From Clostridiales bacterium DTU086 (GTDB taxonomy: Bacteria; Bacillota; DTU086): a stretch of DNA of 55,066 nt. Below the pieces are notes generated by a model. It saw only the letters and a list, made by a program, of their open reading frames with translations. It did no database searches and was not told where the DNA came from. The position numbers were made by a program, and so were the translations under genes. Each line of letters opens with the position of its first letter. Positions within the stretch are counted from its first letter, which is position 1. Of this stretch, positions 30,785-40,159 are shown one piece after another. Location: NCBI GenBank assembly GCA_001513335.1, contig LFTO01000057.1:1-55066 (forward strand), given 5' to 3'.

Positions 30785-32839
30785 TTACCCTATTTTTGCC
30801 TGCCTGTTCCTGTATCCGTTCTTCATATGGCTTAACCTGTCATGGAGTTCCGCTATCTTACCATCATTAAACCTGTCAACTGTACTGAAATAACCGGTTA
30901 TCCTGCGGATCCGCCTAATATCCGTGCTCCCACAGAAAGGACAGCTGTCTTCCGAAATTACTCCCGATTGAGCACATGTATTGCAGTAGTCTATAGGAAA
31001 GTTTATGCCTCCGTACCCCATATCCGCCGCTTTCATATGCTTCAACACCTCATAGACAGCGGCAGTGTTATCCTGGGGCGGAGCATCAAATTCCACGTAG
31101 CTGATATGTCCCGCATTGGTTAATTTATGATAAGGCCCTTCGATCATGATTTTGTCATAGAAGGAAATGGGAAAGTAAACGGGAACATGGAAAGAATTAG
31201 TATAGTAATCCCTGTCCGTGATGCCATCAATTCTTCCAAAAACCGCCCTGTCTTTTTCCACAAATCTCCCAGACAATCCCTCTGCCGGCGTTGCCAGCAG
31301 GGTATAATTTAGGTTTCTTTCGGAGACTGCCTCGTCTATCTTCTTTCTCATGAACCGTACTATCTCCAAACCCAGCTCCTGAGCTTCCGGAGACTCACCA
31401 TGGTGATGTCCTACAAGAGCAACTAATGCCTCTGCGAGACCAATAAAACCTACCGAAAGGGTGCCGTGGACAATTGCCCTTTCAATAATATCATCGGGAC
31501 CAAGGGTTTCCGAATCCAGGTAAAGGTGCTGCCCCATAAGGAAGGGCATGTCTTTTACCTTTAGCCTGGACTGGACCTTAAACCTGTGGTACAGCTGGCT
31601 GATAACCAAATCCAATTTTTTGTCCAGCTCCGAAAAGAACTTGCCGATATTCCCTTGAGACTTTAGGGCGATTCTGGGAAGATTGATACTTGTAAAGGAC
31701 AGGTTTCCCCTCTTATCAGCTATTTCCGGCCCACGAACATTGGCCATGACCCTTGTCCTGCAGCCCATATAACTGACAAGGTCGCCGTACTGACGGTTGA
31801 AGGAGGAATCCATGAAGCTGAAGGTTGGATTCATCCGTTTGGCGGCAACCCGCATAGCCAGGAGGAAAAGATCATAATTAGGGTCCCCTGGGCACCAATT
31901 AACCCCTTCTTTAATCCGAAATATTATGTTGGGAAAAATCGGGTTTTCACCCCTGCCCAGGCCCTTTTCATAAGCCAAAAGAAGGTTCCGGGTCACCCTC
32001 CTCCCCCCCTCGGTGATGTCCGTGCCCAGGTTAATGCTGCTGAAGGGAACCTGGCTCCCCGCCCTGCTGTGCATGCTGTTCAAATTATAGACCAGGGCTT
32101 CCATGGCCTGGTAGACCTCTTCTTCCTCAGCATCCCTGACAAATGTTTCCATATCCCTGTCAAAGGCCGCAAAGGACTGGCCACCATGCATATCGTTCTG
32201 TGAGCTCTGTAGGATTATAGCTGCCAAAGCCGCTGCTGAAGCAGGCCTTTTTGGCCTGCGGATATACCCATGCCCGTTGTTAAATCCATTTTCCAGGAGT
32301 TCCCCCAGAGGTATCTGTATACAGGTCAAAGTTTTCCCGTAGAAGTCCAGGTCGTGAATATGTATATCACCGCTGCGGTGAGCCTGAGAGAATTCTTCAG
32401 GAATCAAGCGGTTTAAATAATATTGCTTGCTGGCTGCGCTGGCTATCTGGAGCATTTTAGCCGAGGGAGAATTACCTATATTTGCGTTTTCCCGGCTTGT
32501 CTCCACAAGAATGTCCTCTACGGCATCCATTAATTCCGAACGCCCCTCACGAATCCGTGTCCTCTTGTCCCGGTACAGGATATAGGCTTTTGCAGTCCGG
32601 GCATGTCCCTGCTCAATCAGTACTTTTTCCACAACATCCTGTACATCTTCCACTGTAAAAAGTCTACTCCCAAACTGCTCCTGAAGAACATCCAGGACCA
32701 TGATGGTTAGGGACTTCGCTTTCTCATAATCATCCCCTCCCACAGCCTTGGCCGCCGCAAAAATGGCCTCGGTGATTTTCGTGGCATCAAAATTTACGAT
32801 TCTGCCGTCCCGCTTTTGAATTTGAGAAAACAACTCCAA
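30785..32839 (-). CDS. nrdD: anaerobic ribonucleoside-triphosphate reductase (class III)
   Basis: 684 aa with an N-terminal ATP-cone, C-terminal Zn site C..C...C..C and glycyl-radical motif RRITGY. Confidence 0.9.
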   Translation of the reverse strand: MELFSQIQKRDGRIVNFDATKITEAIFAAAKAVGGDDYEKAKSLTIMVLDVLQEQFGSRLFTVEDVQDVVEKVLIEQGHARTAKAYILYRDKRTRIREGRSELMDAVEDILVETSRENANIGNSPSAKMLQIASAASKQYYLNRLIPEEFSQAHRSGDIHIHDLDFYGKTLTCIQIPLGELLENGFNNGHGYIRRPKRPASAAALAAIILQSSQNDMHGGQSFAAFDRDMETFVRDAEEEEVYQAMEALVYNLNSMHSRAGSQVPFSSINLGTDITEGGRRVTRNLLLAYEKGLGRGENPIFPNIIFRIKEGVNWCPGDPNYDLFLLAMRVAAKRMNPTFSFMDSSFNRQYGDLVSYMGCRTRVMANVRGPEIADKRGNLSFTSINLPRIALKSQGNIGKFFSELDKKLDLVISQLYHRFKVQSRLKVKDMPFLMGQHLYLDSETLGPDDIIERAIVHGTLSVGFIGLAEALVALVGHHHGESPEAQELGLEIVRFMRKKIDEAVSERNLNYTLLATPAEGLSGRFVEKDRAVFGRIDGITDRDYYTNSFHVPVYFPISFYDKIMIEGPYHKLTNAGHISYVEFDAPPQDNTAAVYEVLKHMKAADMGYGGINFPIDYCNTCAQSGVISEDSCPFCGSTDIRRIRRITGYFSTVDRFNDGKIAELHDRLSHMKNGYRNRQAKIG

Positions 32840-32858
32840 ATAACCTCCCTTTCGGTAA

Positions 32859-33314
32859 TCAATTTTTTTGCATGAGATTTTCCATCTCTCTCATAAACAT
32901 ATTAATGTCTGCAAACTCCCTGTATACAGACGCAAAACGGACATAGGCAACGTCATCCAGGTTTTTAAGCTTGTCCATTACTTTTTCCCCAATGACCGAA
33001 CTGGAAATTTCACATTCCAATACGTTGGACAATTCTCCTTCAACCCCGGCAACCAGTTTGCGTATATCTTCAATGGATACCGGCCGCTTTTCACAAGCTT
33101 TGATTACTCCCTTCAAGATCTTTTCCGGGTCAAAAACCTCTCGGCGGCCATCTTTTTTTACAACAAACAATTGGGGCCTTTCTACCCTCTCATAAGTGGT
33201 AAAACGCTCACCACAGGAAGCACACGCTCTCCGCCTGCGGATACTCCTGCCTTCTTCAGTCTGTCTCGACTCCAGCACCCGTGTATTTGCCACGCCGCAA
33301 AAGGGACATTTCAT
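32859..33314 (-). CDS. nrdR: transcriptional repressor NrdR
   Basis: 151 aa with MKCPFCG...C..C zinc ribbon plus an ATP-cone. Confidence 0.95.
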   Translation of the reverse strand: MKCPFCGVANTRVLESRQTEEGRSIRRRRACASCGERFTTYERVERPQLFVVKKDGRREVFDPEKILKGVIKACEKRPVSIEDIRKLVAGVEGELSNVLECEISSSVIGEKVMDKLKNLDDVAYVRFASVYREFADINMFMREMENLMQKN

Positions 33315-33365
33315 CCTTTGCTTCCTCCTCGTGGAATTTCCTCAACATGGATAGGCATCTTCAAT

Positions 33366-33419
33366 CTACCATATATAGTGTATCAATTCGAATTATAACC
33401 CAATATTTAGTGTGGTCAA
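33366..33419 (-). promoter_or_regulatory. nrdR-nrdDG promoter (TTGACC-16 nt-TATAAT) with two NrdR boxes
   Basis: -35 at 33419..33414 and -10 at 33397..33392. Box 2 ACCCAATATTTAGTGT (33398..33413) matches 14/16 to acaCwAtATaTwGtgt and fills the spacer. Box 1 CTACCATATATAGTGT (33366..33381) matches 13/16 and lies just downstream of the -10. The boxes are 32 bp apart. Confidence 0.7.
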
Positions 33420-33447
33420 CCATTATTTTTCCAGATTCACCCTGCCG

Positions 33448-33477
33448 AAAAGAAAAATACCGGCAGTTTGCCGGTAT
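33448..33477 (-). terminator. rho-independent terminator after ylmC
   Basis: 8-bp stem AUACCGGC/GCCGGUAU with a 5-nt loop, followed by UUUUCUUUU. Confidence 0.75.
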
Positions 33478-33516
33478 TTTCCATAGATTTTTCCCGCTTT
33501 TATTTTTTTCCTCCCG

Positions 33517-33783
33517 TTACCGGTAGTGCCACTTCCCATCCTCAAAGCCGTCAATATCTACCAGGATTACATCAACCCCAATTTTTTTTATTCTCTCCCA
33601 CTTAACAACTAAATCATCTCGTCTCCCCAAAAACCCAAACAGCCTGGGACTGCCGGGGAGGACAATTGCTTTTACCTTACCTTCAACAGTATCAAGTTCA
33701 ATATCCCTGATGACTCCCAGACGCCTGCCATCTTCAATATTTATAACTTCCAGAGACCTAAGATCGGATATCCGGATAATAAT
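33517..33783 (-). CDS. ylmC: YlmC/YmxH family sporulation protein (PRC-barrel), non-canonical ATT/ATC start
   Basis: Not in the ORF track. Own translation: (I)IIRISDLRSLEVINIEDGRRLGVIRDIELDTVEGKVKAIVLPGSPRLFGFLGRRDDLVVKWERIKKIGVDVILVDIDGFEDGKWHYR*. It aligns from residue 1 to Bacillus YlmC as I recall it. GGAGG lies 6-9 nt upstream. An in-frame TGA at 33889..33887 closes the frame upstream. Confidence 0.8.
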   Translation of the reverse strand: MIIRISDLRSLEVINIEDGRRLGVIRDIELDTVEGKVKAIVLPGSPRLFGFLGRRDDLVVKWERIKKIGVDVILVDIDGFEDGKWHYR

Positions 33784-33932
33784 TCTTCACCTCCAAATTA
33801 AATTCTCGATTAATTCCAGGCAAAAGGTAAATTCGCCAGCTGCTGTGGCGCAATATTGTTTCATTCCGGAGGTAATGTAAAACACCAGTAGTACTAATAT
33901 ATGAAAGATATTCCCAATGTTGTGTAAACAAT

Positions 33933-33970
33933 AAAAAAATCCCCGGTGGGGTATTTTCCCTTCCGGGGAT
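33933..33970 (-). terminator. rho-independent terminator after spoIIR
   Basis: Stem AUCCCCGG/CCGGGGAU followed by seven U. Confidence 0.75.
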
Positions 33971-33982
33971 TTCTCGGGTTTC

Positions 33983-34672
33983 TTATAGCTTGTCAGTCTC
34001 TTTGGGCCACCCGGCCAAAAAACTTCGGGAACGGTCAAAGAGTTCCAAAAGTTTGAATTTAATCTGGATAACCGGTGCGGAAGCCTCCTCATCATCTTCT
34101 GCTTCCGGAACATGCCTGTCTGAAATTAATTCCCGTTCTTCAGGAGCGTGCATGTTTTTACTAACCTCGGTAACCTCAGGCTCTCTGCTAACACTGTTGG
34201 AAATATCTACAAAGCAGAGGGGAGGAAACAGCACACACCACCAGTTTTCACCTTTCCCTTCCCCAATGACAACTCTCACAGCCTCATAATCTCCTGCAGG
34301 GAGAGAAAAGTTTCCATAGGTTTTTGCAGGAAAACTAAAGTTTCCCAGTTGCACTTCCACGGGATACTCTTTACCGTTTCTGAGGATTTCTTTCTGAGCA
34401 GCGTCTTTGATTTCAGTCAAATTTTCCATTACAAGTTGGCGAGCTTCCTCTACAGTCCCAGCTGTTTCAAACCGGCAACCTACTTCATTGAGTACAGCAT
34501 CCCGCACTTCACGTTTCAACTGCTGGTCTTGAAGCGTATCACTGTTGGCAATGACGTGGAATCGAATTAAGTCCCCAGATAAGTCCCTTTCCCCCCAAGC
34601 CTGCGTTACTACCGTAAAGGCAAAAGCCAGGACAGCGGTAATGCAAATTGCTCCGATAAACTTCCTTGACAT
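33983..34672 (-). CDS. spoIIR: stage II sporulation protein R (forespore signal activating SpoIIGA)
   Basis: Signal/TM N-terminus, RFHVIANSD and GENWWCVLFPPLCF. ATG 34672 with SD GAGGGG overlapping the sigG stop. The ORF is open to GTG 34681. Confidence 0.9.
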   Translation of the reverse strand: MSRKFIGAICITAVLAFAFTVVTQAWGERDLSGDLIRFHVIANSDTLQDQQLKREVRDAVLNEVGCRFETAGTVEEARQLVMENLTEIKDAAQKEILRNGKEYPVEVQLGNFSFPAKTYGNFSLPAGDYEAVRVVIGEGKGENWWCVLFPPLCFVDISNSVSREPEVTEVSKNMHAPEERELISDRHVPEAEDDEEASAPVIQIKFKLLELFDRSRSFLAGWPKETDKL

Positions 34673-34684
34673 AAGTTTCACCCC

Positions 34685-35455
34685 TCACATGTGTTTTCTC
34701 ATATGGTTCAAGGCCGCTTTCTCCAACCTGGAAACCTGGGCCTGAGAAATGCCAATTTCCTCTGCCACTTCCATTTGTGTTTTCCCTTCAAAAAATCTCA
34801 GAGTTAAAATGTGCTTTTCCCGATCACTCAACCTGGCCAGAGCTTCCCTAACAGCTATATTTTCCAGCCAATTTACGTCCAGGTTTTTTTCATCCCCGAT
34901 TTGGTCCATTACAAAAATAGGGTCGCCCCCGTCGTGGTAAATGGGCTCAAAAAGGGAAACAGGCTCCTGAATCGCATCTAGAGCAAAGACAACATCCTCA
35001 CGAGGGATTTTTAATTCTCCCGCAATTTCAGTTATTGAAGGCTCCCGGGAATGCTTTGTCACCAGAGAATCCCTGACCTGGAGGGCTTTATATGCCATAT
35101 CTCTCAGAGAACGGCTGACCCGGATAGGGTTGTTGTCTCTCAAGTACCTCCTGATTTCCCCGATAATCATGGGAACCGCATAGGTAGAAAATTTAACGTT
35201 CTGAGACAGGTCAAAATTATCGATAGCCTTCATCAGGCCAATACATCCTACTTGAAATAAATCATCTACATATTCCCCTCTGTTGGTAAAACGCTGGATG
35301 ACGCTTAAAACTAAACGGAGATTTCCATTAACCAGTTTCTGCCGGGCTTCTTCATCGCCCTTATGCATTTTTTTGAAGAGCTTGCGCATTTCTTCGTTCC
35401 GAAGAACAGGTAATTTGGAAGTATTTACTCCGCAAATCTCTACTTTATTGGCCAT
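34685..35455 (-). CDS. sigG: sporulation sigma factor SigG
   Basis: 256 aa, near-identical to B. subtilis SigG through regions 2-4 (VNGNLRLVLSVIQRF.NRGEYVDDLFQVGCIGLMK.IDNFDLS.NVKFSTYAVPMIIGEIRRYLRDNNPIRVSRSLRD). Confidence 0.95.
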   Translation of the reverse strand: MANKVEICGVNTSKLPVLRNEEMRKLFKKMHKGDEEARQKLVNGNLRLVLSVIQRFTNRGEYVDDLFQVGCIGLMKAIDNFDLSQNVKFSTYAVPMIIGEIRRYLRDNNPIRVSRSLRDMAYKALQVRDSLVTKHSREPSITEIAGELKIPREDVVFALDAIQEPVSLFEPIYHDGGDPIFVMDQIGDEKNLDVNWLENIAVREALARLSDREKHILTLRFFEGKTQMEVAEEIGISQAQVSRLEKAALNHMRKHM

Positions 35456-35488
35456 TTACAGAAACCTCCCCAAGCAGCCACTAACTAA

Positions 35489-35517
35489 ATTATTGCCACT
35501 GCCGTAATTTTTTATAC
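35489..35517 (-). promoter_or_regulatory. forespore-type (sigma-F/sigma-G class) promoter upstream of sigG: GTATA-15 nt-GGCAATAAT
   Basis: -35 at 35517..35513 and -10 at 35497..35489 on the minus strand, 34 nt upstream of the sigG ATG. The consensus is recalled as GYATA-15-GGnnAnAnT. Confidence 0.45.
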
Positions 35518-35555
35518 TGACTGCCACAGGTGCGAAAAATGAGCTAATTTTTTTC

Positions 35556-35596
35556 AAAAAAAGAGCCTGATTTCACCTTGTAGTGAAATCAGGCTC
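35556..35596 (-). terminator. rho-independent terminator between sigE and sigG
   Basis: Perfect 14-bp stem GAGCCUGAUUUCAC/GUGAAAUCAGGCUC with a 6-nt loop, followed by seven U. Confidence 0.85.
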
Positions 35597-35770
35597 GTTG
35601 ACTCTGCTTATTTGCCGGAAATGAATTATCCCCTTGCTTTTTAAGAAAACTTTCTTTTCAGCCTTTGTTTTCAAGTCTGAGAGAATTTCTCCCCCTCCTA
35701 TTTCGCTAATTGTACTTTGCGGGGCTGCTGTCCAAACCGGACCCCGGTTTCCGGCTTCAATAAGTCGCTC

Positions 35771-36496
35771 TCATTCCATGCGGTTTATCTCTTTTCTGAG
35801 TCTCTTGATTATCCTCTTTTCCAGTCTGGAAATGTACGACTGGGATATGCCCAGTAAATCAGCGACTTCTTTTTGGGTCTTTTCTGTGCCATCCCGCAGG
35901 CCAAACCTGTATTCCATAATCTTCTTTTCCCGTGGTGAAAGCTTTTTCATGGCCATACTCAAAAGCTTCCTGTCCACTTCTTCTTCTATGGATTTATAAA
36001 TTATGTCGCTTTCCGTACCCAATACGTCAGACAGCAGAAGTTCATTTCCATCCCAATCGATGTTTAACGGTTCGTCAAAAGATACTTCTGCTTTCGTCTT
36101 GTTTATTCGCCTCAAGTGCATGAGAATTTCATTCTCAATACAGCGCGACGCATAAGTAGCCAGCTTGATTTTCCTGCAGGGGTCGAAGGTATTTACTGCC
36201 TTTATCAAGCCAATGGTCCCGATTGATACCAGGTCTTCTATCCCCACACCTGTATTTTCAAATTTTCTGGCTATGTAGACTACAAGCCGCAAATTTCGTT
36301 CTATCAGAACCCCTTTGACCGAGGTATCACCTTTTTCCAGTACTTCCAACAAAGCAGCCTCTTCATCACGGTTTAAAGGCGGCGGCAGGGCTTCACTGCT
36401 TCCAATATAATAAACTTCACTTAAGAATAATTGCAGTTTTTGAAGAGATCTGTACAAGCTTAAATAAATATTAAGCTTAGACTTCATAAATTTCAT
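35771..36496 (-). CDS. sigE: sporulation sigma factor SigE (pro-sigma-E)
   Basis: 241 aa with a pro-sequence followed by [13 protein letters not shown], and region 2 [19 protein letters not shown]. Confidence 0.95.
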   Translation of the reverse strand: MKFMKSKLNIYLSLYRSLQKLQLFLSEVYYIGSSEALPPPLNRDEEAALLEVLEKGDTSVKGVLIERNLRLVVYIARKFENTGVGIEDLVSIGTIGLIKAVNTFDPCRKIKLATYASRCIENEILMHLRRINKTKAEVSFDEPLNIDWDGNELLLSDVLGTESDIIYKSIEEEVDRKLLSMAMKKLSPREKKIMEYRFGLRDGTEKTQKEVADLLGISQSYISRLEKRIIKRLRKEINRME

Positions 36497-36510
36497 CCTT
36501 AAATCCCTCC

Positions 36511-37446
36511 CTATAAACCTAACATTGTCGGATTAAGGACATCCGGGTGTAATAGTGCCCTGTAAGACCCTTCCTGGGACAGTGGCCTATGATAAACCCC
36601 TACAATAATATCCCTGATTCTCACGTTGCTGTCAGTCGTTATGACTACCACTTCATCCGGCCTGATTCCCACCAACATTCCTTTGTACTTGCCAATGCTT
36701 GTAAACGGAACCAAACGTATTCTTGAAGCCCATGAAGAACCAGACAAGGAATTAATGATTCGGTCCAGATCCGGCTCACTTTCTTCTCCGAGAGCGGATG
36801 TCATTTCCGGGGGAAGGATTTTTTTCAGGACGTCAAATTCTACAATCATTACCGGTTTAAGAGTCAAGGGGTCTTTTAGCTGGTTTCCGGTATCAACAAG
36901 TGCCTGAGTAGAAATACTTTTCCCCCCAATTCGTACTATTACAGGTACTTTGAAAAAACTATGCAGAAAGTTGCGTTTCAAAAACCCTACCCCATACCTT
37001 ACTAGGACAAAGGCAGCGGCAACAGCGGCCACCAACCACGTATACTTTACATTGGCAAGAAAAACAAAAATGCCGTTCATAATACCATAGAGATCCTGCT
37101 CTTTGCTGATAAGATATATTGCTCCCAGCATAGCCCCTCCCATGGTAAAGGCCACCAAATAAAAATATCCCAGTGCCTGAACAAACCTTTTTGGATTTAG
37201 GCGGGGAAAGGCCACATAGACCATTGCTATGGAAAAAAGGACCTTAATTGAAAAACTAAGCAGGAAATGAAGGGCAGGCAGCAGCAAGGCAAGTGAATAG
37301 CAGGCACCCACAAGTGCCCCTGCAGCCAACCTGACCCAGCTTGTTCGCAGCTGGCTGAACTTGGCCGTTGCCCACAAGAGAACAAAATCCATAAAAAAAT
37401 TAATAGTAAAAACTATATCCAGGTAGACAGTATACTTCTCTCCCAC
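36511..37446 (-). CDS. spoIIGA: sigma-E processing aspartic peptidase SpoIIGA
   Basis: 311 aa with five N-terminal TM helices and catalytic LVDTGNQL. Confidence 0.9.
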   Translation of the reverse strand: MGEKYTVYLDIVFTINFFMDFVLLWATAKFSQLRTSWVRLAAGALVGACYSLALLLPALHFLLSFSIKVLFSIAMVYVAFPRLNPKRFVQALGYFYLVAFTMGGAMLGAIYLISKEQDLYGIMNGIFVFLANVKYTWLVAAVAAAFVLVRYGVGFLKRNFLHSFFKVPVIVRIGGKSISTQALVDTGNQLKDPLTLKPVMIVEFDVLKKILPPEMTSALGEESEPDLDRIINSLSGSSWASRIRLVPFTSIGKYKGMLVGIRPDEVVVITTDSNVRIRDIIVGVYHRPLSQEGSYRALLHPDVLNPTMLGL

Positions 37447-37550
37447 AGGGCAGGGCTCCCATCACTGGTTCCGGTTAGTTTACAAGCTGTAATTATTAAC
37501 CATTATATGTAGTGACCACCACGTTAATAACCGGTTTTTCAACCATCACC

Positions 37551-37595
37551 ATTATATAAAAAGGCACTGCAAAAAATTGTCAGTTCCTGCGCCGA
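37551..37595 (-). promoter_or_regulatory. putative spoIIG-type promoter: CTGACA-21 nt-TATAAT with an upstream 0A-like box
   Basis: -10 at 37556..37551 and -35-like at 37583..37578, giving a 21-nt spacer by direct count. cGCCGAA (37589..37595, plus strand) matches the TGNCGAA 0A-box in 6 of 7 positions. Confidence 0.4.
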
Positions 37596-37611
37596 AAGAA
37601 AAATTAGCATC

Positions 37612-37638
37612 AAAAAACCCTGCAGGTATCCTACAGGG
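37612..37638 (-). terminator. rho-independent terminator after ftsZ
   Basis: Stem CCCUGUAGG/CCUGCAGGG (one mismatch) followed by six U. Confidence 0.7.
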
Positions 37639-37674
37639 TAAGAATGCTTTTCCATAAAGGATATATTTTTTTGC

Positions 37675-38727
37675 TCATCTTCTGCGCAGAAAAGCAGGGA
37701 TTTCCAACTCATCACTGGACAGGGGCTTAAAATCCATTTCTCCCCCGGCAGCACGTTTGTGATGTTTTTCCTTATTGTCAAAACCCGTGGCGATTACTGT
37801 AATTCGGATTTCGTCGTTACAGTTGGGATCAATTACCGCACCAAAGATAATATTTGCATCAGGTTCAGCCGCCTGGGCTATTGTCTCTGCAGCTTCATTG
37901 ACTTCAAATAAACCTAAATCACTGCCACCGGTAATATTTAGCAGTACACCTTTGGCACCTTCGATGGAAGTCTCCAGAAGCGGACTGGAAATAGCCATAT
38001 TGGCAGCCTCAACTGCCCTTCTCTCTCCGCTGGCATGCCCTATCCCCATCAGTGCTGAACCGGTATCAAGCATAATAGTCTTAACATCGGCAAAGTCCAA
38101 GTTAATCAGGCCTGGAACAGCAATCAGGTCGGAAATGCCTTGAACCCCTTGGCGGAGCACATCGTCTGCTACACGGAAAGCCTCGGTAATTGAGGTCTGT
38201 TTATCCACAACCTGCAACAGCCTGTCATTGGGAATCACTATCAGGGTGTCTACTTTAGACTTTAATTCCTGAATGCCAGTTTCAGCCTGTTCAGCCCTCT
38301 TTCGGCCCTCGAAAGTAAAGGGCCGGGTCACAACACCCACAGTAAGGGCTCCAATCTCTTTAGAAACCTCGGCAACAATAGGCGCGGCACCGGTTCCCGT
38401 TCCGCCTCCCATTCCCGCCGTTATAAATACCATATCTGCCCCCTGAAGGCAGTTATAAAGGTCTTCTTTCGATTCTTCCGCAGCTTTTCTCCCAATTGCA
38501 GGGTCAGCGCCGGCTCCAAGGCCTTTTGTCAGTTTTGCTCCTATTTGAAATCTCTGATCAGCTTTAGATAGTTGAAGAGCCTGGGCATCCGTATTCAAAC
38601 TAATAAAATCAACACCCTGCAGATTGGCTTCAATCATTCTGTTCACTGCATTACTGCCGCCGCCACCGACACCAACTACCTTTATTTCCGCATACTGTCC
38701 AACTTCCACATCTTCAAATTCCAGCAT
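37675..38727 (-). CDS. ftsZ: cell-division GTPase FtsZ
   Basis: Start trimmed to MLEFEDVE (ATG 38727, AGGAGG SD). Tubulin signature [10 protein letters not shown]. Confidence 0.95.
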   Translation of the reverse strand: MLEFEDVEVGQYAEIKVVGVGGGGSNAVNRMIEANLQGVDFISLNTDAQALQLSKADQRFQIGAKLTKGLGAGADPAIGRKAAEESKEDLYNCLQGADMVFITAGMGGGTGTGAAPIVAEVSKEIGALTVGVVTRPFTFEGRKRAEQAETGIQELKSKVDTLIVIPNDRLLQVVDKQTSITEAFRVADDVLRQGVQGISDLIAVPGLINLDFADVKTIMLDTGSALMGIGHASGERRAVEAANMAISSPLLETSIEGAKGVLLNITGGSDLGLFEVNEAAETIAQAAEPDANIIFGAVIDPNCNDEIRITVIATGFDNKEKHHKRAAGGEMDFKPLSSDELEIPAFLRRR

Positions 38728-38846
38728 TCCCCGACCTCCTTTGCATTTGTTCCTCCGTGACGCACTCCCACCCCGGGGTAGGAGCAAATAACCCGTCAGC
38801 ACCCAGGAAAGCTATTCGTATTGAAAGCCAATCGTACAAACATGGC

Positions 38847-40088
38847 TCATGCCAGCCCAAAAATGTCGGCAAACCAATTTTTAATACGGTTTGTAATACC
38901 ACCCATAAAGGGGTCACGTTCACTTTCTTTGTAGGACACAGCAGTCCGTTTGGAGCCAAAAAGGATCAGGCCAACAGCTGTCGCATATGGAGGAAGGTTA
39001 ACAATATCAGATAGGCCTCCTACGCTCCTTGGTATTCCAATCCTGACAGGTACCTGCAGCTGCTCAACCGCCAACTGGCCCAATCCGTCTAATGAAGCAC
39101 TTCCTCCGGTAATAACAACACCTCCGGGAATCATTTCATTATATCCGGACAACTGAATTTTTTCATCAACAAAGCTCAGGATTTCAGAAACCCTGGGGCC
39201 AATAATTTCAGCGATCATCTGTTTAGATACCTTCCGGGTTTCCTGTGAACCCACGTAAAGTATATCTATGTATTTATCGGTTGGCATAAGGTCGGGAAGT
39301 ACACAGCCTTCCTCCTTTTTGATCTTTTCTGCCTCAGCAATAGGTGTTCTTAACCCAACAGCCAGATCACTGGTAATATGGTCTCCACCAATAGGTATTA
39401 CTGCAGTATACCAAAGACTTCCTTCTCGAAATATGGCAACTTCGGTCGTTCCTCCACCAATATCCACCAAAACCGCACCCAACTCTTTTTCGGAAGGGAG
39501 AAGCACAGCATCCGCGGAAGCCAATGGGTTTAAGACCAGAGCCTCAACTCTGATACCTGTTTTTTCAATACTCTTAACAAGATTTTGAATTGATGACCTG
39601 GCACCCGTAACAATGTTGGTTTCAACCTCCAACCTTGTTCCATACATCCCCACAGGATCAAGGATACCGTCATATCCATCAACAATATACTGCCGGGGTA
39701 AAATGTGTATGATTTTTCTATCTGGTGGAAGAGCAATGACTTTCGCCGCCTGAAGGGCTCGTTGAACATCCTCCAGCGTAATCTCACTGCTCTCATTAGA
39801 AACAGCTACCACACCACGGTTATTGGTAGAGCCGATATGAGATCCTGTTATTCCGGCAAAAACAGAATCTATTGAACAGCCACTCATCCTTTCGGCCTTT
39901 TCAACTGCTGCCTCAATTGCCTTGGAGGTGCGTTCAATGTCTACAATAACACCTTTCCTCATTCCCAAAGATTCACTTTCCCCAATTCCGATAATATCAA
40001 GGCTTTCGGGGCTGTTAATTTGAGCGGTCAATGCAACAACACTGCTCGTTCCAATATCAAGACCTGTTACAACATTCTTTCTCGGCAA
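38847..40088 (-). CDS. ftsA: cell-division protein FtsA
   Basis: Actin-like ATPase with GLDIGTSS and VDIGGGTT. Probable TTG start at 40088 behind GGGGGTG. The track ORF extends to 40145. Confidence 0.9.
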   Translation of the reverse strand: MPRKNVVTGLDIGTSSVVALTAQINSPESLDIIGIGESESLGMRKGVIVDIERTSKAIEAAVEKAERMSGCSIDSVFAGITGSHIGSTNNRGVVAVSNESSEITLEDVQRALQAAKVIALPPDRKIIHILPRQYIVDGYDGILDPVGMYGTRLEVETNIVTGARSSIQNLVKSIEKTGIRVEALVLNPLASADAVLLPSEKELGAVLVDIGGGTTEVAIFREGSLWYTAVIPIGGDHITSDLAVGLRTPIAEAEKIKKEEGCVLPDLMPTDKYIDILYVGSQETRKVSKQMIAEIIGPRVSEILSFVDEKIQLSGYNEMIPGGVVITGGSASLDGLGQLAVEQLQVPVRIGIPRSVGGLSDIVNLPPYATAVGLILFGSKRTAVSYKESERDPFMGGITNRIKNWFADIFGLA

Positions 40089-40159
40089 AAGCCGCACCCC
40101 CAATGAGCAAAAAAGGTGCTGTAGACATAAATTACCTGTACACAAAATTCAACATAAAA

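Noticed and set aside
35573-35674. 33-codon Lys-rich ORF (MKTKAEKKVFLKSKG...) between sigE and sigG
   Set aside because: It has a TTG start 14 nt from the nearest GGAGG, which is poor spacing. Its last 11 codons and stop lie inside the sigE terminator hairpin. It is most likely fortuitous.
38728-38802. N-terminal extension of the ftsZ ORF ([25 protein letters not shown])
   Set aside because: The conserved FtsZ N-terminus begins at MLEFEDVE, which has an AGGAGG SD. I trimmed similar extensions on dapF (3479..3565), sepF (27241..27318), proC, murD, ftsA, divIB, murC and rluD.
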